Of a DNA stretch of 64,000 nucleotides, positions 52,128-62,536 are shown piece by piece. Positions within the stretch are counted from its first letter, which is position 1. The number at the start of each line of letters is the position of its first letter. Position numbers and translations under genes: made by a program. The notes under the pieces are model-generated. The model worked only from the letters and a program-made list of their open reading frames with translations. It was not told where the DNA came from and ran no database searches. The DNA is from Candidatus Bathyarchaeota archaeon (lineage in GTDB: Archaea > Thermoproteota > Bathyarchaeia > Bathyarchaeales > Bathycorpusculaceae), in NCBI GenBank assembly GCA_963782525.1, contig CAWAKC010000003.1:256001-320000 (forward strand), in the 5' to 3' direction.

Positions 52128-54548
52128 ATTACTTGACTGAACTTCCTCGCTTGCTGAGCGTAACTCTTCATTTGAGGCTTCCTGTTGTTCAATGACCGTT
52201 TGCAGCGTTTGTTTAGTTGAGTCTAAATCTTCGATAAGATCTTTTATTTGTTGATCCTTAGCCAACTCTGATTGGGTGCTGGCGTGTTTTGGCAACTTTT
52301 GCAGTTCTATTGGCCTTTTTTCCTCAAACAAAACGAGAAAGAAAGGTTCTTCTTGTTTTGCTACTTTAAAAGGTTTAACTTGAACGGTAACTATTTTTGT
52401 CTGTCCATCCTGTTCATACCGTACCGTCTCGCAAATGTCTTTTTTCGATTTTTTTGCTCTGTAGATTGTGGTTTGAACAGTAGGTCTCAGTTCTTTTCTA
52501 ACTATGTTAGTTACGTTAAAACTTGCGTTTCCAGGTTCAATTGAGACATAAGGATTAACTTGCCCGCGAAAAACAAGGATGTCTGAATTGCTGTTAACTA
52601 GCAGCGTAGCTGGAACATACGCTTTCATTAACAACTGGTCAACTTCCTCTTTTAACTTAGTTACAACATCATTCGTTTTAGGCAAAATAAGTGGATTTTT
52701 TTCAATAGAATAACCGAATGGAAGTTGCAAGGGTAATTCGGCTGGGGGTTGACCACTTTTTTTCTTGAAGATTACGCCCCTTTTCATAATTGAATCAAAC
52801 AAGGTTGCAAATTTACCAACTGTTTCAGATTCGCCTAAAACAAGGTATCCGTTGGGTTTTAACGTGTAATTGAATACTGATATTATTCTTTCTTGGAGCT
52901 GAGATTCCATGTATATTAACAAATTGCGGCAGACAATTAAATCGATGTTAGAGAATGGAGGATCCTGTGTAAGGTCGTGTTTTGCGAAAACGCACATATC
53001 TCGAATCTGCTTGATTACTTGGCAGTTTCCATCAAAGCTTGTGAAGAATCGTTTTATTCTGGTGTCGGAAACATTGTCTTGTATGTTATTGAGATAGATT
53101 CCTCGCCGGGCTCTCTCTATGTTCTTTCCGTTAACGTCGGTGCCGAAAATTTGGGTTGGAACATTTAGCAAGTTTTTTTCTTCAAGGAATTCTGTAAGTG
53201 CAATAGCCAAAGAGTAAACTTCTTCGCCTGTTGAGCAAGCTGGAATCCACACTCTTATGGGTTGATGGCTAGATTGTCTGTTCTCAACGAGTGCGGGGAA
53301 CACTTTCTCTTTTAGAACCAAGAAGGTGTTGGGTTCTCTAAAGAAAGTTGTCACGCTTATCAGAAGGTCATCAAATAATGCTTGTTGCTCTTCAGGATGC
53401 GCCCGTAGAAACAAAATGTATTTTTTAGTGTTTTCAATCTTATTTAAGATCATTCGGCGGCTAATTCGCCGATTGATTGTGGCCTTCTTGTAGTTAGAGA
53501 AATTTACGCCGAATGCAGCTTTCAGTATAGTGAATATTATTTGAGGTTCTTTTTCATCTTCATCTGGAAGTTTTGATTCTTCCATTTTTTGTCGAGTAAT
53601 CTCAGGATGTCGGGAGATTATGGATAATTCTTCTGCTATATGTTCTGGACTAAGGACAAAGTATACTGTCTCCGATGCAATAGCGCTTTTGGGCATGTCA
53701 GGGTACTGGGCTGATTTTGGATCTTGCGCAAAAGTGATTCCGCCTTCGGCTTTTATGGCTTTTAACCCGTCAGTTCCATCAGTTCCAGTGCCCGAGAGTA
53801 TTATACCGATTGATAGCGTTTTGAGCTCATCAGCTAAGGACTTTAGAAACTCGTCTATGGGTTTGAGGGATGACGTTTTAGGATGAAGCTTGAGGTCGCC
53901 ATTCTCAATGGTCATTGACGCTCCGGAAGGAATCACATAGACATTGTTCGGGTTGACTTGCATGCCATTCTCAATTTTTGAGACGGGCATTTTGGTTGAG
54001 CGTGCAAGTATTTCAGGCAACATGCTTTCTTGATTTGGAGCGAGATGCTGCACAACCACGAAAGCTAAACCAGTGTCCACAGGTAAATTTTGCAGCAAAA
54101 TTTTAATAGCCTCTAGGCCACCTGCAGACGCACCTATACCGGCAATCGGGAAAGCCTGCATAATCTTATCTCTGTTTTTGCTTTCCGGATTTGATTCGCT
54201 GAAAACAATCACCTGTTACCGTTACTTTAGCTCCTAAGTAAGTTATAAGGTTTTTTAAGAAATATTTTTCCAGTCATGTGAAATTTTTGGTTTAAAATAA
54301 ACAAATGGGCCTATTTAATGTGGTTTCTCGGTTGTTTGTTTTTATCGTGTGTCAGCCTGATGAGTTTTTAAAGTCGCCTGTCAACAGAGTTTTTGTAACT
54401 GAAAAATTTTGGTTCTAGGACTGAGTACTTTTAAAAGACTACGTTTTTTAATCCAAAATATTTCCGCTCGCTGTCACCTTTTTTATTTTTGTTAGTAATT
54501 GTTATTTAATTAAATGTGCAGTTTTGCCCTTGTTGGCTGAGTTTGGGA

Positions 54549-55118
54549 ATGGATACGTTCTCGTACATTTCCATAGTTCCATCAATAATCATTGCTCTAG
54601 GCTTAACGAGGCTTCTAACAGGCATCGGCAAAATACTTGAACGTCGCGACCAAGTCCAAAATTACTGGGTTCATATCATGTGGGCGCTCAACCTGTTTTT
54701 GTACATGGTTTTGAACTGGTGGGTGCTGTAGAGATGGAACATTCAATCAACATGGAGTTTTCCGCTTCTCATATTCCTCCTCTTAACCCCAATAGTAACG
54801 TTCCTTCAATCCGTGATTCTGTTCCCGGACCACTTTGAAGAAAAAATTGATTTCAGGAAACATTTCCACGAAGACAACCGCTGGTTCTTTACCCTCGCCG
54901 CCCTGCTTCCGCCGCTGGACTTCTTAGACACCATACTAAAAGGCGTCCCACACCTAATAGCCCAAGGCCCAATCTATATAGTAACCATCGTTTTAATAAC
55001 CGCATTAAGTATCGTTGCCCTCTTAACCAAAAACCAAACCTACCACAAATTCTTCGCCATCTTCTTTCTCGTCTACATATCAGTCTTCATAAGCATAAAC
55101 CTCAATACTTTGGATTAA
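54549..55118 (+). pseudogene. Multi-TM membrane protein with one in-frame TAG (54729-54731)
   Basis: MDTFSYISIV.SII.ALGL..LL.G...YWVH..W...WWVL*RWN...ILFP....DF..HF....RWFF is continuous in one frame. Confidence 0.7.
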
Positions 55119-55344
55119 AACCGAGGAAGCTAACGAAAGCGGGTTAGCAGCATCTTTGGATCTAAAATCAGTCTCAAAAAGCTAAATAGTGATAGAAAAG
55201 CCCCAAATTCGATTTCAATAGAAAACCCAAAACGATAATCATTCAAACCCCAAAAAACAGTCTTAGCTGGGGAAATGGTATAAATTACAGTCCTGATCAT
55301 CCTTATAAAGCGTTAATAAAAATTTAATTTAGCGGTAAACTTGC

Positions 55345-56460
55345 ATGGCTGAAAAACGAGATTACTACGAGGTTCTGGGGGTACAAAAAGGGGCATCTAA
55401 GGACGAAATCAAGGATGCTTACCGAAAACTAGCTATGCAATTCCATCCTGACCGCAATAAAGATGCAGGCGCTGAAGAGCGGTTCAAAGAAATCAGCGAA
55501 GCATATGCCGTTCTCAGCGATGACCAGAAACGGCAAACATACGATAACCTTGGGCACCAAGGCTTCGACCAACGCTACACCAGTGAAGATATTTTCCGTG
55601 GAGCGGACTTCGACTCGGTTTTTCGTGACATGGGTTTCGGTGATATATTCCGCACCTTCTTTGGAGGCGGAGGATTTCAAGGGTTTGAGGAGCGCAATCG
55701 TGGACAAGACCTCGCTTACAACTTGGAAATAACTCTTGAAGAAGCAGCCAGAGGCACGGAAAAAGAAATCGAAATCCCAAGAACTGAACGCTGCGACGTT
55801 TGCGGCGGTTCAGGTGCAAACCCAGGCACGTCCGCTAAAATCTGTCCCAGATGCGGCGGCGCAGGCAAAATCCAGAACATACGTAAAGCGGGCTTCGCCA
55901 CATACATGCAGGTTTCTGTTTGCCCCGTCTGTAAAGGCAAAGGCAAAATCATAGATTCTCCCTGCACAAACTGCCGTGGCGCGGGATTGGTGAGGAAACG
56001 GCGTAAGATCACGGTTAAAGTGCCAATGGGCATCGACGAAGGCTATCAGCTTCGGTTGAGGGGCGAAGGCGAAATGGCTGATCCAGAAGGCGAACCAGGG
56101 GACCTCTACGTTGTCGTCCACGTTAAACAGAACCCTCAGTTTATTCGGGAAGGCGACGACTTATGGCACGTGGCAATGGTTACTTATCCGCAGGTGGCAT
56201 TGGGCGCAGACATTACGGTTCCCACCCTTGAGGGACCAACAACCGTTAAAGTTCATCCTGGAACGCAAGTTGGCGAAACCATCACACTTCGTGGGAAAGG
56301 CATGCCAAGGTTCCGCGGCTACGGAAGAGGCGATTTGCAAATACGCATCGGAATTTCAGTTCCTGAGAAACTTACGGCACCGCAAAAAGCACTTTTGGAG
56401 CAATTGGCTAAAGAGTTCGGTTCAGATGTGGCTTCTAAAGGTCGCAAATTCCATCTCTGA
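55345..56460 (+). CDS. dnaJ: Molecular chaperone DnaJ
   Basis: J-domain HPD, G/F region, four CxxCxGxG repeats, C-terminal domain. Confidence 0.97.
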   Translation: MAEKRDYYEVLGVQKGASKDEIKDAYRKLAMQFHPDRNKDAGAEERFKEISEAYAVLSDDQKRQTYDNLGHQGFDQRYTSEDIFRGADFDSVFRDMGFGDIFRTFFGGGGFQGFEERNRGQDLAYNLEITLEEAARGTEKEIEIPRTERCDVCGGSGANPGTSAKICPRCGGAGKIQNIRKAGFATYMQVSVCPVCKGKGKIIDSPCTNCRGAGLVRKRRKITVKVPMGIDEGYQLRLRGEGEMADPEGEPGDLYVVVHVKQNPQFIREGDDLWHVAMVTYPQVALGADITVPTLEGPTTVKVHPGTQVGETITLRGKGMPRFRGYGRGDLQIRIGISVPEKLTAPQKALLEQLAKEFGSDVASKGRKFHL

Positions 56461-56547
56461 CCCTCTGACCCAAATGGTAAGCGGCAACAAAAATTTTTAA
56501 CCTCAAAAAGAGATAGTGGGTTTAATAGTTTTAGGAAAGGAAAAACC

Positions 56548-56970
56548 GTGTTTGATTTAGAAACCATAGTAGTCATTCAGCTTATCGTCAACATCTTGAT
56601 TAACTTGATTTTTGTGTCGCCCTTCCTCTGGATTGCCGGAAGACTCTTAGCAGGCAAACAAAAAGCCAAATTCACCGATGCACTCTGGATCGTTCTAATC
56701 GGCACTGTCGTGTTTTACTTCTTCAACTAGTTCCTAACCAGCTACATCACTGGGTTCATTGGAACCGCAATTGCTTACTTCATCATGCTCATCATCTGGC
56801 TGGGTCTGGTGAAACATTTCTTCGACTGCGGCTGGCTCAAAGCCCTCGCTATAAGCATCATCGTCATAATCATTGCTGTCATAGTATTAATCATCATAGC
56901 CATAATAATAGCGGCAGTAGGCATAGGAACAGGCTGGCTACCCACCGCCAATCCCTTCAACAGCATCTAA
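56548..56970 (+). pseudogene. Four-TM membrane protein with one in-frame TAG (56728-56730)
   Basis: WIAGR...KAKFTDALWIV...FFN*FLTS...WLGLVKHFFDCGWLKA is continuous in one frame. Confidence 0.7.
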
Positions 56971-57056
56971 CACCCCAAATTTTATTTTCTTTTGCAGAGG
57001 GAATTTAGATCTTTTAGACTTTTAAATTCTCTTGATGGGTATTTTCATTTACATTT

Positions 57057-57187
57057 GAGACTGTGTGATAACTCAATTGCTTTTCAAAAAATTGCTGATT
57101 TGCTCGCAAAAAGCAATGGCTGATAAAACGGCTTTTAACAACAATGAAGCAATTTTCAAAATCCAAACTGACTTTTTACACAGTCTC
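57057..57187. mobile_element. 131-bp MITE with IS1182-type ends
   Basis: GAGACTGTGTGATAA...TTTTTACACAGTCTC flanked by an ATTT duplication (57053-56, 57188-91). Confidence 0.85.
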
Positions 57188-57279
57188 ATTTCTTGACTAA
57201 AAATCAATCAACCCCAAAACCCCTTGATGCATAGCTTGAGGTAAAACTTAATTGATGGTTTCCTTTCTAGGATAGTTAG

Positions 57280-57777
57280 TTGGGAGGTGAATTTTTGGAT
57301 TTTTTCAGTCACAAACCACAACTCAAAGTAATATTATCTTATGACGTCATAACAAAATGTCAATGTGTTAACTGCCCCGTTCAAGCTAACAGTCCATGCA
57401 TCAAACCCAAGATTGCAAAAAGAACCGAGATGATTAACAACATGAATTCTGGAAACTTGCAGAACCTTCTGGGTGAAGGAATGATGAAGAATATGGAAAT
57501 GATGAAAAACATGGCGCCTGAAACGATGCGAAACATGTCGCAAGAACAGATGAAGAGCATGAGCGATGAAATGATGAAAAACTCGCCTCAAGACTCGTCG
57601 AAGATGCCTAAGCTTGAGGATATGCCAGGTCCCTACTGCGCCAACGGTGTTGCAACCTGCACAGACCTTGATTTTAGCAAGATGTGCATTTGTCCCAGCT
57701 GCCAAGTTTTCAAGGATTTCAATTTAATGAAAGCTAAACCTACAAGCTACTTCTGCAAAGACGGCAAAGCCACATAG
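57280..57777 (+). CDS. DUF2769-like Cys-rich protein with Met-rich insert
   Basis: CQCVNCPVQ..S.C ... YCA.G.A.C.D......CICPSCQV........YFC..G, with a central Met-rich run. Confidence 0.7.
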   Translation: MGGEFLDFFSHKPQLKVILSYDVITKCQCVNCPVQANSPCIKPKIAKRTEMINNMNSGNLQNLLGEGMMKNMEMMKNMAPETMRNMSQEQMKSMSDEMMKNSPQDSSKMPKLEDMPGPYCANGVATCTDLDFSKMCICPSCQVFKDFNLMKAKPTSYFCKDGKAT

Positions 57778-58186
57778 TAAAATAGCGTATCGGAAATCTC
57801 TTTTTTTCTTTGTATTCTAACTTTTTTTAATTACTCCAAACTGTATCCCTCTAAGGTGGGAAGAGAGTTGCTAAGAATAGCAAAGCCAAATTCACAACAA
57901 GCAAACCCTTCTTCACAGATCTAGCAAACAATCCTTCTCAAAAACCATTATTTCCTACCAACGCCACCTTGCTACCATGAACAATCACAAAACGCCCCCA
58001 GAAAACCAAACTCACTATGGCGGCATCTATATCTATCTCATGCACCAAAAGCTCGCAAACACTATAAAAAACAAGGAAACTCCAAACAAATAAGGGCATT
58101 ATTCACTGAACCCTCCACTACTAAAGAATGTCTTTTCATCTCTTGGTTTAAATGAAGTTTATCCTACAAAGTCGTTTATAGTTGAT

Positions 58187-58357
58187 TTGTCTCGTGCTTG
58201 TGATGCTTGCGGTGGGATGATTGGGGGCGGATTCAAGTGTTGCTCAAAATGCAAGATCTACCTCTGCTGCCTATGCAGTTACCACCTGATGTGCATGCAA
58301 CATAAAACTCCGATTGTTTGTCCGATGTGCGGAGCTGAAATGGTTGGTCCCTATTAG
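58187..58357 (+). CDS. 56-aa RING/PHD-like double Zn-finger protein (not in ORF track)
   Basis: MSRACDACGGMIGGGFKCCSKCKIYLCCLCSYHLMCMQHKTPIVCPMCGAEMVGPY, with a TTTAAA box ~35 bp upstream. Confidence 0.65.
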   Translation: MSRACDACGGMIGGGFKCCSKCKIYLCCLCSYHLMCMQHKTPIVCPMCGAEMVGPY

Positions 58358-58453
58358 CGAGTGGGAAAGGAATCTGCTATTCCAAGATTTTCGAGTTAAC
58401 CATTAATAGAATCACAAGTTTTATTTTACACCGTATGTTTCGCTGAGTAAGGA

Positions 58454-59737
58454 TTGGGAAATTTGAGGGATTCGTTAGTCGTTGTTTTTTTGGCGATTTT
58501 AATTTTATCCATGTTGTCGGTTTCTGCGTCGAAAATGAACGCTCAAGCGGTTTCTAGGGATTGGCCGATGTTTCATGGGAGCCTCTCGCATAGTGGATTG
58601 GGAACAGGCGATCCAGTGCTTACGCCCACACTGCTATGGAATTTCAGTACTGGGAACTGGGTTTTGTCGGCGCCCGCAGTTGTAGGTGCAGTTGTCTATG
58701 TGGGTTCTATTGATGGTAACGTTTATGCCCTGAATGCTGCAAGCGGCACTCGACTTTGGAGTTTTAATACCGGCAACGGGGTTTGGTCGTCTCCAGCTGT
58801 AGTGGATGACGTAGTTTATGTGGGCTCTTGGACTAACGTTTATGCTTTGAATGCGACCAGTGGAACCCAACTCTGGAATCACATCCTCCTCAATGGTGAG
58901 GGCGACTATGTTGTTTCATCTCCAGCTGTTGTTAACGGCGAAGTCTTCATTGGTGCTGATGACGGCAGCCTTTATGCACTGAACGCCACTGACGGAGCAC
59001 TGCTCTGGAACTACAAAACTGGCAATGAGCTCGCTTCTTCGCCTGCAGTCGTCGACGGAGTGGTCTATGTCGGTTCGTGGGACGACAACATCTATGCTTT
59101 TAACGCCACCAACGGCTCCAAACTCTGGAGCTTCCCCACGAGAGACGTAGTTAATTCGTCTCCAGCCGTCGTCGATGGAGTAGTCTATGTTGGTTCGTGG
59201 GACAATTATGTTTATGCACTGAACTCGTCTAACGGCGCCAAACTCTGGAATCACAATGCAGGCGGCATGGTTGCTTCATCTCCAGCGGTTGTAGGAGGCA
59301 TAGTATACGTGGGGTCATGGAACGACAACTTTTATGCATTGAACGCTTCTAGCGGCAGCCAACTTTGGAACTATACTACAGGCGACGTGGTTGGTACAGC
59401 GCCTGTTGTTGTAGGCAACGTAGTTTACGTCGGGTCGAATGATGATAACCTATATGCTTTCAACACAACTAAAGGCGCTAAACTCTGGAATTTCACCAGC
59501 GACGGCGTGGCTGGTTCTCCCGCGTTTGTCAACGACGTAATCTACTATGGCGGCGGCAACGATGTTTACGCTTTGGGCAATTCACACGCATCTTCTTCGA
59601 CTTCAAACTCTAACTCTTTACCCATCATAGTTGGATTAGTAGTTACGGCTGTTATTGTTGTCACAGCGATTTTATTAGCATCTAAAAAACTAAAAGCTAA
59701 ACCGGAAAACCCCGAGTCCAGATTACACTCAAGTTAA
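58454..59737 (+). CDS. PQQ-like beta-propeller repeat surface protein
   Basis: DWPMF, repeated SSPAVV.G.VYVGS.D..VYALNA..G..LW, signal peptide and C-terminal TM. Confidence 0.9.
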   Translation: MGNLRDSLVVVFLAILILSMLSVSASKMNAQAVSRDWPMFHGSLSHSGLGTGDPVLTPTLLWNFSTGNWVLSAPAVVGAVVYVGSIDGNVYALNAASGTRLWSFNTGNGVWSSPAVVDDVVYVGSWTNVYALNATSGTQLWNHILLNGEGDYVVSSPAVVNGEVFIGADDGSLYALNATDGALLWNYKTGNELASSPAVVDGVVYVGSWDDNIYAFNATNGSKLWSFPTRDVVNSSPAVVDGVVYVGSWDNYVYALNSSNGAKLWNHNAGGMVASSPAVVGGIVYVGSWNDNFYALNASSGSQLWNYTTGDVVGTAPVVVGNVVYVGSNDDNLYAFNTTKGAKLWNFTSDGVAGSPAFVNDVIYYGGGNDVYALGNSHASSSTSNSNSLPIIVGLVVTAVIVVTAILLASKKLKAKPENPESRLHSS

Positions 59738-59779
59738 AATAGATTATAAAAAAATAAAAAAAGAAATGTTGTTTATGTT

Positions 59780-61750
59780 TTAGGCTTTTTTATCGAGTTG
59801 TTTGCGTAGTTCTGCGTATGTTGCTTTGATGTCTTCGATGCTGCCTTCGTCTTCGATGGTGGATGTGTCGCCTAGTGGTGCTCCAGTTAGGACTGCTTTG
59901 AGGAGTCTGCGCATGATTTTGCCGCTGCGGGTTTTGGGTAATTTGTTAACGATGATGACAGCGTCGGGGGTTGCGATTGGGCCGATGGTTGTGCGGACGT
60001 GTTTTGTGAGTTCAGCGCGTAGTTCGTCTGATGGTTGGAATCCTTGGCGTAATACTACGAATGCTACTGGGACTTCGCCTTTGACTGCGTCTTCTTTGCC
60101 CATGACTGCTGCTTCTGAGACTGCTGGGTGAGATACAAGTGCGCTTTCGAGTTCGACGGTGCCGATTCTGTGTCCTGCAACTTTTAAGACTTCGTCTGCT
60201 CTGCCAAGTAGCCAGAAGTATCCATCTGGGTCACGGATTGCGTAGTCGCCGACATAGTAGATACCTGGCCATTTGCCAAAGTATGTTTGTTTGAAGCGGT
60301 CAGCGTCTTTCCAAACGGTCTGTAACATTCCTGGCCATGGAGACTTTATGACTAGATAGCCTTTGTTACCTTGTGCCACTGATTGTCCTTTTTCGTCGAC
60401 GATGTCAGCGTTAACTCCAGGCAAAGGCAACGTTGCTGAGCCCGGTTTGAGCGGTGTCATTTCTATGCCTGCTGCGGGTGAAATCATGAAGCCGCCTGTT
60501 TCTGTTTGCCACCAAGTGTCGATGATTGGTAAGCGATCTTTGCCGATTACGCGGTAATACCATTTCCAAGCTTCTGGATTGATAGCTTCGCCTACTGAGC
60601 CGAGTTCACGTAGCGTGGACAGGTCGTGTTTGTTAACCCATTCTTCACCGAATTTCATGAACATACGAACTGCGGTTGGGGTGCCGTAGAGTATTGTGAT
60701 GCCGTGGTTTTCAATCATGCTCCACCAGCGGTCTTGTGCTGGGAAGTCTGGGGTACCTTCGAAGAGGAACGCGGTTATGCCGTGGCTAAGTGGCGCGTAA
60801 ACGTTGTATGTGTGACCGGTAATCCAGCCGATGTCTGCAACGCACCAGTAGATGTCTTCGTCGTTGGGGTTAAATGCCCATTTCAGGGTCCAGTAAGCCC
60901 AAACGAGGTAGCCACCGGTGCCGTGTTGGACGCCTTTTGGTTTGCCGGTTGTTCCTGAAGTGTAGAGGATGAACAGTGGGTCGGTTGATTTCATGCTTTC
61001 TGGTTCAACGTAAGCATTTGCGCCTGCTGCTGTGAGCGCGTCGTGGTACCAAACGTCTCGTCCTTCTTTCATTTGGACGTTTTGACCTGTGCGTTTGACA
61101 ACGAGGACTTTCTCGATGTTTGGCATCAAGGGTGCTGCCCGGTCTGCGTTGTCTTTGATTCCAACTGGTTTGCCTCTGCGGAAGCTGCCGTCTGAGGTTA
61201 TGAGGATTTTTGCTTCACAGTCGTTAACACGGTCTGCAAGTGCTTCTGCGCTAAATCCTGAGAAGACAACGGTGTGAACTCCTCCGAGTCTTGCGATTGC
61301 AAGCAAGCTGATTGGCAACTCTGGAATGACGGGTAAGAAGACTGCGACGCGGTCGCCTTTTTTGACGCCTAGGTCTTTTAGTGCTTTTGCAACTTTGTTT
61401 ACTTCACGGTATAGTTGGTAGTAAGTGTAAGTTTTTACTTCACCCATCTCGCCTTCCCAAATGTAGGCAAGCTTGTTTTTGCGTGCGGTTTTCACGTGGC
61501 GGTCAAGTGCGTTGTAGCAGATGTTGAGTTCTCCATCGGGGAACCATTTAAAGAACGGCGGGTTCGAGTCATCTAACATTTTGGTTGGCGCTTTGAACCA
61601 GTCGATGGCTTTCGCTTTTTCTGCCCAGAACTCATCCGGGTTCTTTATGGATTCTTCCCATACTTTTTTGCGTATTTCTCCAGAAGAAACCTTTGCAATA
61701 CTTGGACTGTATCTTTCATTGAAAGGTAAACTATCTGACATGTCTATCAT
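59780..61750 (-). CDS. acs: Acetyl-CoA synthetase (AMP-forming)
   Basis: YTSGTTGKPKG, DIGWITGH, VGEAINPEAW, DTWWQTETGG, PKTRSGKIMRR. Confidence 0.96.
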   Translation of the reverse strand: MIDMSDSLPFNERYSPSIAKVSSGEIRKKVWEESIKNPDEFWAEKAKAIDWFKAPTKMLDDSNPPFFKWFPDGELNICYNALDRHVKTARKNKLAYIWEGEMGEVKTYTYYQLYREVNKVAKALKDLGVKKGDRVAVFLPVIPELPISLLAIARLGGVHTVVFSGFSAEALADRVNDCEAKILITSDGSFRRGKPVGIKDNADRAAPLMPNIEKVLVVKRTGQNVQMKEGRDVWYHDALTAAGANAYVEPESMKSTDPLFILYTSGTTGKPKGVQHGTGGYLVWAYWTLKWAFNPNDEDIYWCVADIGWITGHTYNVYAPLSHGITAFLFEGTPDFPAQDRWWSMIENHGITILYGTPTAVRMFMKFGEEWVNKHDLSTLRELGSVGEAINPEAWKWYYRVIGKDRLPIIDTWWQTETGGFMISPAAGIEMTPLKPGSATLPLPGVNADIVDEKGQSVAQGNKGYLVIKSPWPGMLQTVWKDADRFKQTYFGKWPGIYYVGDYAIRDPDGYFWLLGRADEVLKVAGHRIGTVELESALVSHPAVSEAAVMGKEDAVKGEVPVAFVVLRQGFQPSDELRAELTKHVRTTIGPIATPDAVIIVNKLPKTRSGKIMRRLLKAVLTGAPLGDTSTIEDEGSIEDIKATYAELRKQLDKKA

Positions 61751-61927
61751 TCCTGTGATGCTGGGAAGAATTAGGCTTAGAGAATATAAGTTTTTTCAGT
61801 GGTTTTTTGTAAAACAAAAAAGCGAAGACCATATTTGACATATTTATGTTAAAAAACAAACTCCTTTAATCAAGCATGCAACCGAATATTTTAAAAGATT
61901 TAAAAAGAAAAAGGGTAATTTGGAAAT

Positions 61928-62527
61928 TTATTTTTTGACTGGCAGGATTGGAAGAACGGTTTTGTTGTGGGCTTCGTTTAAGACTTCAGCGAGACCAAGG
62001 TAGACTGCACTTGCGCCGCATATAACGCCTTCGATTCCGGTGATTGTGTTGAACCAGGTTGGGTTGCCGAGTAATTCACGTGTCATAAGCATGAAGAAGA
62101 GTACAAAGAGGCTTCCGAATACGAATTGTAATGCACGATTAGCTTTGAGGGTGCCGAAGAACATTGCGAACGTGAATATTCCCCACATGAAAAAGTATGC
62201 TGCCATTGATGCATCATTAGGCGCTGCGAATCCAGGAACCAAAAAGCTCACTTTTGGCAGAACTAACAAGAGAACAAGTGACCACCAGAAGAAACCGTAA
62301 GAACTGAAAGCAACCATACCGAATGTGTTGCCTTTTTGGTACTCCATTACGCCGACGATTATCTGTGCTAAGCCGCCAAAAGCAATGCCCATGGCTAGAA
62401 TCATTGTGTCGAGTGGAAAAACGCCAGCATTATGCAGGTTTAACAGAACAGTTGTTAGTCCGAAGCCTAATAGTCCGAGTGGAGCAGGATTAGCTAATTT
62501 TTGTGTTATACTCATTATTGTTTTCAC
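61928..62527 (-). CDS. satP: Acetate uptake transporter, SatP/GPR1/FUN34/YaaH family
   Basis: [25 protein letters not shown]. Confidence 0.92.
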   Translation of the reverse strand: MKTIMSITQKLANPAPLGLLGFGLTTVLLNLHNAGVFPLDTMILAMGIAFGGLAQIIVGVMEYQKGNTFGMVAFSSYGFFWWSLVLLLVLPKVSFLVPGFAAPNDASMAAYFFMWGIFTFAMFFGTLKANRALQFVFGSLFVLFFMLMTRELLGNPTWFNTITGIEGVICGASAVYLGLAEVLNEAHNKTVLPILPVKK

Positions 62528-62536
62528 CGATTTGTT

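Larger units (their letters stand above)
49230..54212 (-). pseudogene. CheB-CheR-PAS-histidine kinase fusion interrupted by IS1182
   Basis: CheB (GIGASAGG, VQH, ILSGTGTDG), CheR (IWIPACSTGEE, DLIVCRNLLIY), NEEL coiled-coil, PAS, HisKA (GHDIRNPL), HATPase (NA, DTG, FTTK, GFGL). Removing the IS restores QSSNEELMSTNEEL in frame (~1100 aa). Confidence 0.9.

Noticed and set aside
58600-59560. Nucleotide-level tandem repeats
   Set aside because: They are explained by the PQQ-like propeller blades of the protein.
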